Assembly: GCF_006345805.1 (NCBI RefSeq)
Contig: NC_042998.1
Coordinates: forward strand, 98,332,001 to 98,396,000
From: Octopus sinensis
Taxonomy: Eukaryota
Reading direction: 5' to 3'
Length of the DNA: 64,000 nucleotides
Each line of letters starts with the position of its first letter. The stretch's first letter is position 1. The position numbers and the translations under genes were made by a program. Of this stretch, positions 11,259 through 25,253 are shown one piece after another. The notes under the pieces are model-generated. The model ran no database searches. It worked only from the letters and a program-made list of their open reading frames with translations, and was not told where the DNA came from.

Positions 11259-11260
<2 letters not shown>
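9859..11260 (+). mobile_element. 5'-truncated RTE-clade LINE (RT C-terminus, 3'UTR, (TGA)n tail)
   Basis: Frameshifted ORF pieces WPCSLCRKG..RCTQCK, LEVVDSFRYLG, RIRIAWAKFREL, MLHGSETW, RRLCWYGHVVRM, GRGRPRKTW. Tail ccaacccatgccagcatggaaagtggacgttaaatgatgatgat. Confidence 0.92.
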
Positions 11261-11262
<2 letters not shown>

Positions 11263-11306
<44 letters not shown>

Positions 11307-11344
11307 TGCCCCAGCATGGCCACAGCTCATGAGCTGAAACTAGA

Positions 11345-11389
<45 letters not shown>

Positions 11390-11400
11390 ATATATATATG
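11263..11400. repeat. (TA)n microsatellites flanking a short SINE-tail piece (11302-11348)
   Basis: (TA)n at 11263-11300 and 11349-11382, read directly. Confidence 0.9.
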
Positions 11401-11553
11401 ATGCAATAAATAATTTTCTTGACTACTAACCTTTAGTGATGAAATTTTGTTTAAATATTTACATCAGTACCACATTTTGATTAGTTTGATTGCTAAGCAT
11501 TATCCAGGTCTATTGCAGAGTACCAGTTTGGATTCAAGGTACCAGTTTGGATT

Positions 11554-12761
11554 CAAGGGTCAGCTGAAAAGTTCATAGGCTGACCATAATACTCTCATAG
11601 AATGTGACGAATGAGGTTTATTTTTCAACATAATCCCACTTACGGTCCACATGCTTCTTCTATCAGTGTTGCAGTTCTTGGATCTCATTAGTGAAGAAAC
11701 TTTTATTACTGCAATACTGATTTACAGCCAAGTAATTTTTCATGTTGGTGAATAGATGAGTCAGATATGGCCAAATCAGGAGAAATGGGAGGGTGAACAA
11801 CCAGTTCAAAGCTACTGTCATGCACAGAACCCATTGAAAGCAAAGACTTGTGTACAGGAGCATTGCCTTGATGAAACAAAACTCCTTTTGTCAGTTTTCC
11901 TGGACATATGGTCTTATAGATTTTTGTAATTGCCTCAATAAGTTGGCATAATACTCTTCTTTTGATGGTGTGGCCCTTTTAAACACAGTGCCTCATGTTT
12001 CTCAAAAAACTGAGGCCATCATCTTCCCTGCAGATGAAAGGACCTTGACCTTCTTTGGAGCAGGTGAAGAAGGGTGTTTCCACAGCATGGATTGTCTCTT
12101 TGTCTCTGGCTCAAAGTGATGAAGCCAACATTCATCCTAGGTTTGTAAACCACCTGGATCTGCCTGAAGCAATGCCAGATTTTCCTGTGATGTGATCAGC
12201 CTGGTGCACTTTTGATCAAGTGTCAGAAGACGTGGCACCCATTGTGCAGAAACCTTCATCATGTCAAGTTCATTGTGTAGAATATTCTCGACTCACAGGA
12301 TATGCTAAGAGCATTGGCTATTTGATTTATAGTCAGTCACCTATCAACTGTCACCATGTTGTGAGCATGGATGTTTTCCTTGGTGGTGGCAGCTTGCAGG
12401 ACATCAAGATGTTGAATCATATTCAAGACTCTCCCTGCCCCTTTTAAATTCGGATCCCCACTTTTGCACTTTTAATAAAGTAGGAGTGTCGTCCCCTAAT
12501 GTAACCTAATGTCAACATGAATGTCCTTGGGAGCCAAACCCTCTGTCTGCAGGTATTTAATGACCAGACAGTACCAAATTTTGTCAATTTTTGAAGAGAA
12601 GTTGTTACTGGTTACTTTTGAAATCTTCAAATAATCAGATGTGAGCTTATCTGAAAAGAAACAATTCAGTTATTAATAAGTTTGAAATTAATGCTTGTAA
12701 GATTTTACAGCTCTAGCATCACTCCTTCATAATCAGCCTATGAAATGTTATTTTATGCATA
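11554..12761 (-). mobile_element. Mariner transposon relic (lineage 1), transposase pseudogene
   Basis: Minus strand reads DECWLHHFEPETKRQSMLWKHPSSPAPKK, VLFHQGNAPVH, HPPISPDLA and WDYVEK*. Partial TIR match ttcataggctga (11572-11583) / tcagcctatgaa (12733-12744); outer TIR parts are decayed. Confidence 0.85.
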
Positions 12762-15700
12762 CTTTACTATGCTGGTATAGGTTGGACAGGTCATCGTGGT
12801 TCAAGTCAGTTCTTTTGAGTTGTTCCATGTCAGATGGATTACAATAATTGTATGTGCATCAGTGGCCTCAGAGATCAAAATGTAGTATAGACAATGCTTC
12901 ATTGTCAAAGATGAGGTTCATAGTCTGAAAAATAAACTTAACAGCAAATTCTAGACATTTAGACATAGTATATTGTTTTTATTTAGCCTCTCATCAGTCC
13001 TAGTGACTTATGATCAAAGATATATCAGCTAAGTCAACCCTATCTCTTTTTCAGGCCTAGTTTATCTTGGACTGTATTATCTCATTTTACAAAATAACTA
13101 TGTAGGGTTTCCTTCCTTGGTTCAAAATAATATTTTCCATTTATTTGTGGAGGTTGGCAGTTAAATGTTGTTGGGAATGGTTACGGTCATTTGAATTAAG
13201 TCTGATATATTACTGGTATTCATTTGTACACTGGAGTGATGAAAGGCAAAATTGATCACGAAAAATTTAATTTCAGAATGTACCATAAGACATTTCATTG
13301 TTTCTGTTGACTCCACATGTTGAAGGCATTGAAAATGTACATGATTACATTATTCATTCGGCTGAAAAATGAAATGAAAGTATTAAGATAACATATTAGG
13401 TAATGAAGTGTGTAGAAACTTGGAGAGCTGATATAGTGCAGAGGATAATTGAGAGTTCTTAATCACAAAATCTTACTGGTATTCAGACTGAAACAGTGGC
13501 TTGACTAAGCACTGAGCAACAGAATATATAGGATAACTGCTGAAACTATTAAAGCTAAGCTAGTAACTTAAAATGAGTGAAAGAAAGAGGGAACTTGAAC
13601 TCATTTTGGCACAGTAAAGTTGGCAAATCACCAGTGTTTTATGTGAAGAGGATAATAGTTGTAATGTATTGAATTGTGAAACAGAGAGAAATATAACTAG
13701 TAAGAATTTACTTACGATCAATAATATTGATATATGTAAATCTCACTATGACAGATTGTAAAACACATAAGAATGGGATAGGTAGCCTACTCCAAAAAGG
13801 ACCAAGGGAAAAGGCAACTGTAGTAATTAAATATGAAATTACAAAGATTAAGGAATTACTTTGTTGCAGGGGCTACAAAAATCTTGCATCAGGAATGTGA
13901 CCATATTTGGTGTGTAGGAAAACAGTAAATTAGAATGCAGTTCAGTAGGTATGAAGAGCACTGGTATTTTTTAAACTTTTGCAATGAAATAGCTAACAGT
14001 GTGAATTGTTATTTGTTATAAAGCAAGGTTATAGAACAAATGGGCATTCATTGGACCTCATGACCATTATCTTGGTCTTGTTGGTGTTCAGGTATAAACC
14101 ATTTATTTCACTGGCATGTTGTACACAGCAACAGATTCTTGGACTCCTTACAGCTAATTGTGAAAAGGGTGCTATCATCATGTTATAAGCTACTGATCCT
14201 TGATTTAACCTTCCATGGTCACTTGCATTACCATTTCCCTAGTTACATTGTACCAGTTCACTGACAGGATGCATCTTGACTAATGCCTTTGCTTCTGTCA
14301 AAGCAGTCATGATTACTGCTTCCTATATGGACTGTAGCATGGTGTTTTTGCATATGCAATTTAGATTAATCTGATATCTGGGAAACTCATAATGTGCATA
14401 GTGTTTCTCAGCTTTATGTGGACACATATACCTTCATGTAATCAACTAAACACAAGTACGTCATCAAATGTTTTATTGTGTGTCTTTAGGATCAAATGAA
14501 TGCTCACCATTTGCAGACCCCCCCTCCCAACCCCTTGGAAAATCAGGCTTGTTCCTTAGGAATCTTAGTTCATTATTGGTTTCACTTGCTACAAAATAGT
14601 GTGGTGCAAGATCTTGCTAGCATGGCAGATGAGGGTAAACTTTTTGTTCTTCACTTCCTAAGTATCACCTTTTTCCAAGGTGATGAAGTCGTGAAGGAAT
14701 CGTTCATTGACCTGGTGGCATAAGGAGGAAGGAAAGATCAAAGAGATACTGAAACTAGTAATTATAGTTTGCTAGCAGTGAAGTCAGTGATTGCAGTATA
14801 TGAGGTAGATAAGACATTTAATCTTTTTACTATCATATTTTTACTGAAATACACTGCTTTTGTTAAAATTAATTTTGAAAATAATTTAGTAAAAGAACTT
14901 TGTCAAAGATAAGCAATTTCTTAATGCTTTTTCTTAATAGCATAGTCTACAAAACTGTATAGTATCTTTAACCAGCATTTTTTTGTATTAAACGTATTTG
15001 GCCCTCACTCATTCACGTTTTATCCTGAAAGCAGCATAAGGCTTTTTTCTTATCTTTTCTCAAAGTCAAAATGTGGTATAAAGTTATCTTATTCTTACAA
15101 AATAAATTACTAAAAACTCATAAAGAAGTATATAAATAGAATAATTTGTCTAGAAATTATTAATGCTTGCAAAGTTGAATAGTAAGGTTTAGTTCAGTTA
15201 AATTTCTGTCCAAGTATATTGGGAAGCAGGGGAAAAAGGAAAGAAAATTGTAGTTTATAGCTTTACAAAGAGATGGATATGAGAAATTCAGTAAACAGGA
15301 AGCTATTATCATAATGATAGAATAAGTTGAAGGTAGAAGATACCTATTAACTGAAAAAGAAAAAAACATGTTACATATCAGATGAATTGTCTTTTTTTCT
15401 ATTAGTTTGGTAATTTAGCCATCCTTTTAAATTTTTAATTTTTTCAGTTAGAAAAATCTTGTAAACTGTGATGTTCAGTAATCAGTGTATTGGACACTCA
15501 CTGTATGATTCATGTCTAATTCATTAACATGCATGTATCATATCTACTGAAACGTCTTTTTGGTAAATTAAGGATATTCTTCCATTTTCTGCAGTTAGTG
15601 ATGATTTATATTGCCTGTTGCTTGCATGGGTTGAATGGGTCCTTTAAAATAGCTTTTTGCCATTTCTTGTGTTCCTTTGTCATTTGCTTTGTAAGAGTCA

Positions 15701-18380
15701 ACATCCTGAGATAAACGTTCACCCTGCCATCCTTGGTATTTCTTTAATACTGATAAAGATATTAGATTGGAACTGTAAGTAATACTTATGAACAACCATG
15801 TTATTTTTATAACAACTTTTAATGTACTGAATTAATGAGAAGAGGAAAAGTTTTTCTGGCTACAAAAATGTTAATCCAATATTAAAAAATTTAAGGCAAT
15901 ATTTCCCATTGTGATAAATTCAGACTTAAGAAAATTTTACTTGAAAGCAGTAACAAATATTATAATTTCACAGTCAACTTTAGAATGTGTTGACTTAAAA
16001 CAGGTGTCACACTAGACCTATGAACATTGAATATGCTTGGCTTTGTCTTACAGTTCTGCAAAAAAAAAAAAGCCAAAAATCAGCATTTAAAACATTCTTG
16101 AAATAGCTGAGTCAAAAGCTACACTCACACCAGATAAATGAGTTTATAAAAAGTATATTTTACATGTCCAATCTTAGTTTAATTGATATTTGCATTAGTA
16201 GAAGACTTATTTATAATTAGTTGGAAAACTGCCATTTTTAATATGATGCTGTAATAACCAACAAAAGCAGTGAATTACCAAAATAGATAATTTTGTTGTG
16301 ATGTCAGATTATGAAATTTGAATATTTTGTGCATTAATATCTCCATTTTTTTCACTCGCTGCTTCAGACAAAATATTTTCTCCACTCAGTTCAGCATCCT
16401 CCCATTGAAAGTCTTCCCCTACAAGCATCACTTTTTAAGTATGCTTCAGTTTGTTTTAAATGGGTTATTATTACTATTTATGGAACAATTTGAGGGGGAC
16501 TTTTATTGTCTTCTATTTTTACTTTCTTTTTAAGTAGAAGGTTCTGACCAAACCTAAACTGCTTTTTATCTTTTGTGTTGATTAAACATTTTACTGTGAA
16601 AATACTTTTTAAAAATATTATTGATATTTTAAATAAGTAGCTGTAATTAGTTGTAAATAGGTTGGTTGTTCCACTCATTAAGTGTTCAGTGTACCCACTA
16701 ACTGAAAAGGTAAATTTTTTTTTGGAGGAAGTGAAGTGGGAGATTATGGTAGTTAAATCTTTCACAAGGAAACTAGGTAAGAAACAGCCTACCTCAAGTT
16801 CACCCAGTTCAAATAATAGTCATGTGTATTGATTGTTATGGATAGTAAAAGAGAAAATTTAATAGGTAAAATTATTAGTTGTTTTGTTAATTTGGCATAT
16901 CCATGCAGTGAATTTAGATAATCAAATGGATAAATAATGTTGTCCAATCAGTAGTTTATTTACACAAATGCTAATAACAATGAAGGTGAACCTAGAATAC
17001 TTGGGAGGATAATAAGAAACAGGGTAGGTCTTACTTGAATTATCCAAGAAGGTGAGAAGTAAAAGATGCTTTATTTTTAGCAAACTAAATGAAACAGAAA
17101 TACTTGGCTAAAAATAAGTGAAGATACTTTTTAGCTTAACTCTGGTAAAAATACTATTGTTTTGCATTATATTAACTATTCATTACTGCTTGTTTTTCAC
17201 CGTCACATTGCTAACCCAGTCACTTATATTTCTTTATCTTGCTGATCATACTGGTTTTCAAAAGCCTGCCTATCTACTATTTGCTAGTATATTTCATGAA
17301 TTCTTAGCAGGTATTTGAGTGGAGTTCAACTCTAATTTAATTATAAATTTTAAGGCATCTTGCAATATTTTGATGCTGTAATTTTACTCTTGATTTTATT
17401 GATATATTTTAAAATGTTGATTGAAGAGAGGGAAAAGCACCAACAGTTGTGATAATGTTTTGTTTTTTTTTTGTACTAATAGTAAGGGGAATAATTTCGG
17501 CTTTTTTGTTTCCAGTTCTTGTGAATAAAAAAAAATATATGATGTGGAGTTGATTTTGTTCCTGGTATTATATCCTAAAAGTTATTACTATAAACTTCTT
17601 TGATTTCCTATTCCATTGATTCAGCATTTATTTTTCTGTAGTGTCATGAAATTGAATGGGTCTTCAGTACACCATTTTTACACATTTGTATCTAGTATTA
17701 TCCTGACATAAGATTTTTGTTTAGGCAATTATTTTAAATTATAACTATTGTTTGATTCCCTCTACCAGTTCATAGCAACTTCTCATTTAGCATGTCAACC
17801 ACTTACATTTCAATTTGTCTATTGACTAGAATATGAAATGAAAATACAAATAAATACAAAAGTAAACAAATAGTACTCATTTCCAGTTTTAATTTTAAAA
17901 ACTAGACTGCTGACTAAAGTCAAAATTTTGCATAATTAAAATTTGTTTTTATATAAACATAAACCTATGAAATATTTTAGGGGGCAAACTCAATAGTAGT
18001 CTCATAATCCAGTTACAATCCTGATTCAATTTCCACGGTGCAGATTATAAATACTCATAACATTACTTGTTGAATGAATTAGTCCAGTACCCACAAATGC
18101 CACAAAACAGTTGTAGTTAGTGTACTGGTTTGGTGTATAAGGCAACTGGGTGTTATAACATGACTTTCAGAATTTGCATTTAAAATATAGGTTAAGGTTA
18201 TTTCTACAGATATTCTATAGAAATAACCATAACAAAATAATGTAAAAAAGCACTGCTAACACAGTAGAAGGTAGTGTTGACTTACAAAAACATTTAATGT
18301 ACTTTATAGTATATTATGGTTGCATAACAAAATACCACATACCTACAAATCATTAGTCTTAAAATATAGATTTTGAGCTA

Positions 18381-19612
18381 TGTGGTGGTATCAAAAAGTT
18401 CCCGGACTAGTTATGTTTAATAAAAAAAAAATTTAAAAAAACATTTACCTAAGTTTTAACATTATCTCCTTCAAAATAATCACCTTGTACAGCAACAGAC
18501 CAGTCTCAGTGTTCTTGCCGCTTTTGGAATCTGGCCTGGAAGTCGTTTTCTCTAAGTGAGTTGAGGACCTTCCGCAATTTGCTCTTGATTTTGACAATGG
18601 TGTTAAAATGGTAACCTTTGAGCTGCATTTTCATTTTGGGGAAAAGATGGAAGTGCAGAAGCAATACCATGTTGTTTTTGGCGAGAAACTCACAAGTAAG
18701 GAGAGTTCAGTGACAGGGTGCATTGTTGTCCTGAAGAATCCAATTCTCACACTCCACAGATCCTGTTGCTTTTCCCAAATGTCCTCCACCAAAGCTTCAA
18801 AACATTGCTGTAGAACTCTATCAATGGTCTGGCCCTGGGGGACGAATTCTCAATGTACAATACTGCAGATATCAAAAAATGATGAGCATACTCTTGATTT
18901 AGCTGTGACTCTGCTGTGTCTTCTTCAGTCATGGTGATGAAAGGCTCTTCCATTGTGACGACTGCTGCTCTCAGGGTCATACCCATTGATCCAACTCTCG
19001 TTACCAGTGATAATCTTCGACATGAAGGATGGCTCATCAGTGGCATGCTGATGGAGATCTTGACAGACTTCCTGATGTTTTTTCTGCTCAGTGGTCAGCA
19101 TGTGAGGGGCAAACTTGGCAGAGATACACTGCATGTTCAATTCAGATGTTAGGATTGCCTGCACAGACTCATATGACAAACCAGCATCAGTAATGTCATT
19201 GATTGACCTCTGACAATTCTCATGCACAAGCGGTTGAATTTTCTCCACATTTCTAGGCGTGACACTTGTGGGAGGTCTTCCAGATCACTCATTGTCTTCC
19301 AGGGATGTTCTTCGACTTGAAACATTGCGTATGACCCATTGCCATGTTGCCATAAGCTTGTCGAAGCATGGTCAATGTCTCAGCAAACTTCCCAAGTTTA
19401 ATGCAAAATTTAACATTGGCTCTTACTTTCAACTTCCTGTCCATGACAATCACAGACTATAGCATAAATGTGATCAAAAAATCACAAATTTTGCAAGTAA
19501 ACACAGCGATGTCACTCAGCACAGTCTCATGAAAGTCACTGCTAGTTCTCACTGTACACACAGCTGTTGGCATGGTGCAGAATTAGTCTGGGAACTTTTT
19601 GATACCATCTCA
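18381..19612 (-). mobile_element. Mariner transposon (lineage 2), 1232 bp, with TIRs and TA target duplication; transposase pseudogene
   Basis: TIRs tgtggtggtatcaaaaagttcccggacta / tagtctgggaactttttgataccatctca, TA at 18379-18380 and 19613-19614. Minus strand reads ISAKFAPHMLTTEQK, IITGNESWINGYDPE, FPKMKMQLKG and GDYFEGD. Confidence 0.93.
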
Positions 19613-20079
19613 TACTTACTGTATATTGTCACTATCTGACAATATGTCACAATGGCAGATTACAATTTTTGGTTTTTGGTTCAGTGTACGAAACTTTTTC
19701 ACAGGAAGAATGTACATGATTTTAGCATATTTTAATATATGTTGAACCAAAACCAATCTTTGTAAATGAGGTTGTGTAAAGGATAGTAAAAGCCATAAAG
19801 GTTTCTATCTGGCAATCGGAATGATATTTCAGTAGTCACATAGGCATTGGAATCTCGCACTGATAATTTAACAACCATCCTAATGACAGGTGGAATGTTA
19901 CAGTTAAGCATACTGCTAAGAAACTGTCTTGGCTATTGAAATTTAAGTCATTTCAAATAATAGCAAAACACTGATAAGGCATCAATTATTCTTCAGGAAC
20001 TAAACTAATATGTTATCCAGAATAATTTTACCATTTACTTAAAATAAATTGAATCACAGTATATATTGTAAGATGTAAA

Positions 20080-20305
20080 GGCATATGGCCTAGTGGATAG
20101 GATGTGGCACTCACAAGTTCAAGATTGTGGTTTCGATTCCCAGATCAGCAGTGTGATGTGTTCTTGAGCAAAACTCATTTCACATTGCTCCAGCACACTC
20201 AGCTGTAAATTGGTAACTCTGTGACAGACTGGCATCGTATTCAGAAAGAATGCTAGCCTGTTGCTTAGCCAGTAGGGTGGCATCATTTGAAAGCCACAAC
20301 AATGC
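20080..20305 (+). mobile_element. tRNA-derived SINE, family S3 (CORE-like body)
   Basis: Box A TGGCCTAGTGG at 20086, box B GGTTTCGATTCCC at 20129, then gttcttgagcaa...cattgctccagcacactcagctg. Confidence 0.75.
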
Positions 20306-23300
20306 AAGGAAGTGCAGTGTGTAACTACATCCTGTAGTATGGTCAGTACAGTGATATTGTAATATATTACAAATACTGGTATAAAATATATTGCAGATAG
20401 CTTCTTGAATTTTTAAATTGTCTTATTTTATGAGACCACTGACTGTCAAGGTTCAGATTTTATATTTGGTGTTTAAGACAACTCCAGGTTTATGGATTTT
20501 TTTTAAAGGTTCAAATTCCATCTTACACACCATATATAATGTTTTCACTACAAAAGTCAATACTTCCAGATTTCTCTTGGATAAAAATTGTAAATAATCT
20601 TTTTCCCATACCCCTCTCAATGGATGATTATTAGTCCTATTTACTTGTGGACAGTGTTTTCTTCAAGTACGGGTGGAGGTGGAATTGTGTTCTGCACTGC
20701 AAATCATTGTATCACTTAGTTAAACAGCAGTGGTGTGAATTTTTAGGATACTTATTTTTGGTTATATGGGCTTGCTGGATAACAACTGTCTCACTTATGG
20801 GTCTATTGTAAGATCCTAATGGGATTTGAACCATTTATCCTCATGTTACCGAGCTATAGCATCAACTTAGCTAGTTGCAACACGATAATAGGAAAAACAA
20901 AACTGGGGTGGAAAAAAATATTCATCTTATTTTTAAAGAATTATAAATATAAGAATAAAAGTAGATGTTAAATAATAATAATCATTAACATTTTTTTTGT
21001 AAGAGATAAGGTGTGTTATATACTTTACTACTTTTATTTTGTATTATTTTATTTATTACCTTTTAAATTAATAGTCATTCTGATTAAGCAGTTCCACCCG
21101 TTCGGCATTCCGTCAGTAACTGCCACCCCTATCTCAATATTTCCACTGCCCAATAGATTTAATCAATATTTCTGGTTGTGGCGCAGTTGTTGTCTACTGT
21201 CCCATTTCTGATAATGTAGAGAAACATCACATCTCTCTCTCTGTCTGTCTCTCTCACACACATACACACACACATATACTTACATATATGTATATATTTC
21301 TCCCAGTTGCTTAGACAAGCCTGCATAATTCATGAAGCTTCTATCACATCTGCAGCAGTAGATTTATCTGTAAGTCTATTACAGCTGATTTTTCAGTATT
21401 ACTGTTGATATAATTGTATTAATTTGTAGTTATTTTTTTTGGTGTTATATTCATATCTTACCTTCTGTCATCTTTGAAAGTCAAGGAAATTACTATCGGT
21501 TTTTCTGCTGTACTTAAGTGTTTAAGCACTAATCTGCTACCAGCTGCTTGCATTTATGCACACCTATAATTCAGAAAATTACTTCCTGTCTCTAATCAAA
21601 TATCACACCTATGATAATATTCCCATGCTATCAATATACGTTTGAATTTTGCAGCACAAAATCAATTATTTGTTGTAATTTCAGGTAATAAACATTGCTC
21701 ATTCCTCATATTCATGGAACAAAAAAAAATATAATTTCTTCTGGTACTGCAGCAAAGACTCTACTGTTCGATATTTCATTGAATATAGAATACAGTTGTA
21801 AACATAAAAATATGGCTTTACTTTCTAAAGCTCATGCTTACGTACCATGTGTCTCCTCTCTCAGTTTCTCTCTTTCTCTTTCTGTCTATCAAACAGAAAC
21901 ACGTACATGCATCTTTAACTGTCTAACAAGGTGTTTGTATTCTCAGGTAGTTAAAATTTACATTTCTGTTGTTTTGCCACTATATACCTTGCCAATGTTT
22001 GACAAATTTTACATTTTTATTTTTAAATAACATCACACTATTTCTCCTTCATGTCATTAGCTTGTTGGTAAAGACTAATTAAAGTAAAGGTCATTGCTGC
22101 TTTCTTTCTCCAACAAAACTTTAGATATTAATATTGAATTCATTATTTGTTAGCCGTGAGAATAATGTGCACCTTCTCTCCAACTTAATTTCACCGTTGC
22201 ATCAAGTTATTTTTAATGTACATATTTTTTGTCTATTAAATTAATATCTGATAATTATTCTTAAATAAGCTTCAACATTAATTAGCAGTTTTCATCTTTA
22301 TTTTTTTTTGTTTTTTTTTGCTCTCTCTCTCTCTCTCTCTCAATACTTCTTTGGAAGAGAAAACTTGTGGAGTGAGTGAATCAGATTGACTTTCCTGTTC
22401 TATAAATTATCTAACCCTCTTAATATCAATATTTTGTACAAATGACTGCAGTATATTTTAAGTTGATTAATTCAAAATAGCCAGTCTGAACCAACATCAG
22501 CCTATGTTACTTTAACTGTTTATTGCTTTATTTTGTTATTGTTACTCAGTAAATAAAACAAATTAGTGTTAAGAACTGATATACCCAGTATTTTGTTGCT
22601 TTTTTTGTGTGTTTACTTTACTTAGTTGAGCAAAGTAAATCTCTGTGTACAACATTTTTTCCAACTGGTATGGTTTAATACAGATCTTTCTGGTCACATT
22701 TAGCACTCACCCAGATAGCAATAAGAGGGTTGGTTATGCTTGGTTACTTAATAAATTTTTTTTTATAATCATGCATGAGTGATGACCCAGGTATTTCACT
22801 GATATGCGTAAAAAAAAAAAAATTAAATCCACATCAAATTTTAAAATGACAATTCTTAATTTATCTGGTTGCTAAAGAAATTTATATCGAAAAATAATAT
22901 GAGTTACTAACTAGTGTAAGGCTTTTGCTGCACGTGTGTTGTGTATGTTGTGTACGTAGTAATTAATTATAAGACATGAAAACAGTTTATTGCAAAAATA
23001 AAAAAAACGTGGGTTTTTTTATGTGAGGTTGCCTCAGCTATTAAGTACTAGAATATGCTGTTTTAAGATTTGATTGAAAGGGTAAGAAATATGTTTTATT
23101 GATGCATATTTTCATTCATTTTTAGTTATTGAAGCTGCTACTACTGTTATGTTTTCTGTCTATGCTAAACACTGACCTTCCTATATCATGCTAGCTACAT
23201 GTCAATACTGTACAACTTGTTTTAGAAAATTCATTTGTTGATTATACTGTTGTTTATTGTATATCACTTCAAAATTGTCAAAGTTCTATTAATTTTTCAG

Positions 23301-25253
23301 CATTTGAATGAGAATGCAAAATCTGAGACAAAATTTCTTTGTGTTTATTCACATTAGAAAAATGTTTTCTAAGAGATTTAGATACTCTACTTTTTTAACC
23401 TTCTAAAAGCACAAAAAGTTTGATTTTAATGCTTTTGTAAATTAGAATATTGTTGCAGAAGCATTTTCTTTTGTGATATTGTGTATTGACTTAGTCTGTG
23501 ATCTTTTTTTTTTTTTTTCACAATTATCATAAATTACATTTTTTGGTAATTAATATGAAATGTTACCAGTGCGGTTAGTAAAAAAAAATTCTATTATAAA
23601 CCATATTTGAAAACGAGTTTAATATAGATTTACACGCTCTGTTAAGATGGTGAATCTATTAAGATTTTGTGAATCATCTTTATTTAAAAAAATTTTGGAA
23701 TTTGATTTTATTTTTCCATGAAAGTTGAAAAATATTTAAAGAGAAAGGGAATTTTGGTAAACTTCTTATACCTGCCATCCTCTGTTTTCTACAAACGATA
23801 AAAAGGGACTTCTAGCATAAAACTTTTATTCCACTGTTTGACACACGCAATCTATTTTTCTTTATCAATTTGTGAATTGAGTCTTTTTCATATTAAAAAC
23901 TGGTTGAATAAGAGGAAAGTGTATATCGAGAACTGGAATTGAATCATATTTTTTAGTGGGGGTAGGGAACCTAGGTTTTGTGTGCAGTTTTAGCTAAGTT
24001 TTTAAAAGGTGGTTTTTGATGTTTAGCTCTAAGTTGGCCCTGGTATTCAAGCCATAATCTTGCTTTGATCAGGCAACCTACATCATTGAATGTGTTCATA
24101 GTTTTTCAAAAGATGGTAGGGTGTTGTTTGATGGATTTTTCTTTTTCTTTTTTTTTATGTTTTTTTTTCTAGCTGGTTGAGATACTGCGTAGTGCTCCAT
24201 CATTGGCTTTTGAATAAATTATTAGAGATTGTGAAACCTAGCCTGTGTAAAGAATATGTATGGTTGTATGAATTGTGTATTGATCATGAGTGGGTGCAGA
24301 GTAATTTATGTCTTAAAAATATATATTGTGGTTTTATGTGATTTTGAAAGAGTCTCAACTTAACATATAAATAATTTTAGCAATGGAATGAATTTTATGC
24401 CAAAGGAAAAAGATGTCTAACATTTTGATAGAACCTCTCATTGCAGAAATGAAATGTTAGCTCACCCATCATTTCACTTCATCTCTCTCTGATGAAAAGT
24501 TCTGTCTAAAACAGACTTCAGTTCCTCACAATATAAAATTTATTCCATTGGTTGAACTCTGTATTATTTGGAAAAGCAGAAGTTCAATGTAAAATAAAAA
24601 AAAAATTTTTTTAAACCTATGATGCTCCCCCAACTCTCATCAGTCCTTTTTCTGCTGAACTTCGACTCCTATTCAATTTTGTTCTCTTTCCAGGTGAATT
24701 CCCTCTCTTGTTGCCTCATTTAAAATTTTCTGCCAGTCCTTTTGTTTTTATGCTTTTTTTTTTATCATATTCACTTTGTTGCACCTATGTTTTCCATGTA
24801 GTTGTTCAGTTTGTGCATTGTTATCATAATGAGTCCATCTCTGAGTGATTTATAACAATATAATAGTTATAGAAACCAAAAAAGGTCTTAGTTTTTCAAG
24901 AACCTATCTTTACAGTCATGCTATTCTGTAAATATTGCTATTAAATGTAATTTCACTGCTGAATATTACTAACATGTTATCTACTTAGCTTATGAGTTTT
25001 TAATTAACAATAACTATGTTGCTGATAATCATCATTGGCTATTTCTCTACTTGTTTCTTTTGGAAATCTATTTACTGCTACAGCTTTTAAACGATCTTTT
25101 ACTTGCCTTACCAGTTTAGGAATGAATAGAAAATATTGATTTGGTGGATAAGACATTAACACAAATGACAATAAACTTAGAACTTTATTGTTCAGAAGTT
25201 TAGATACTGGAAAGTAGGCAGATGATTATGTAAGACAAATATTTCGTTTTTAA

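Noticed and set aside
13300-13960. Purine-rich stretches resembling decayed LINE ORFs (also 37000-37640 and 59150-59450)
   Set aside because: No diagnostic motif could be read confidently, so they are left unannotated.
20080-20145. tRNA gene (also 39510-39577)
   Set aside because: Box A and B are present, but the sequence runs into SINE bodies and I cannot fold a cloverleaf with an acceptor stem.
21307-21369. 63-nt frame-preserving exon candidate
   Set aside because: Contains an in-frame TAA.
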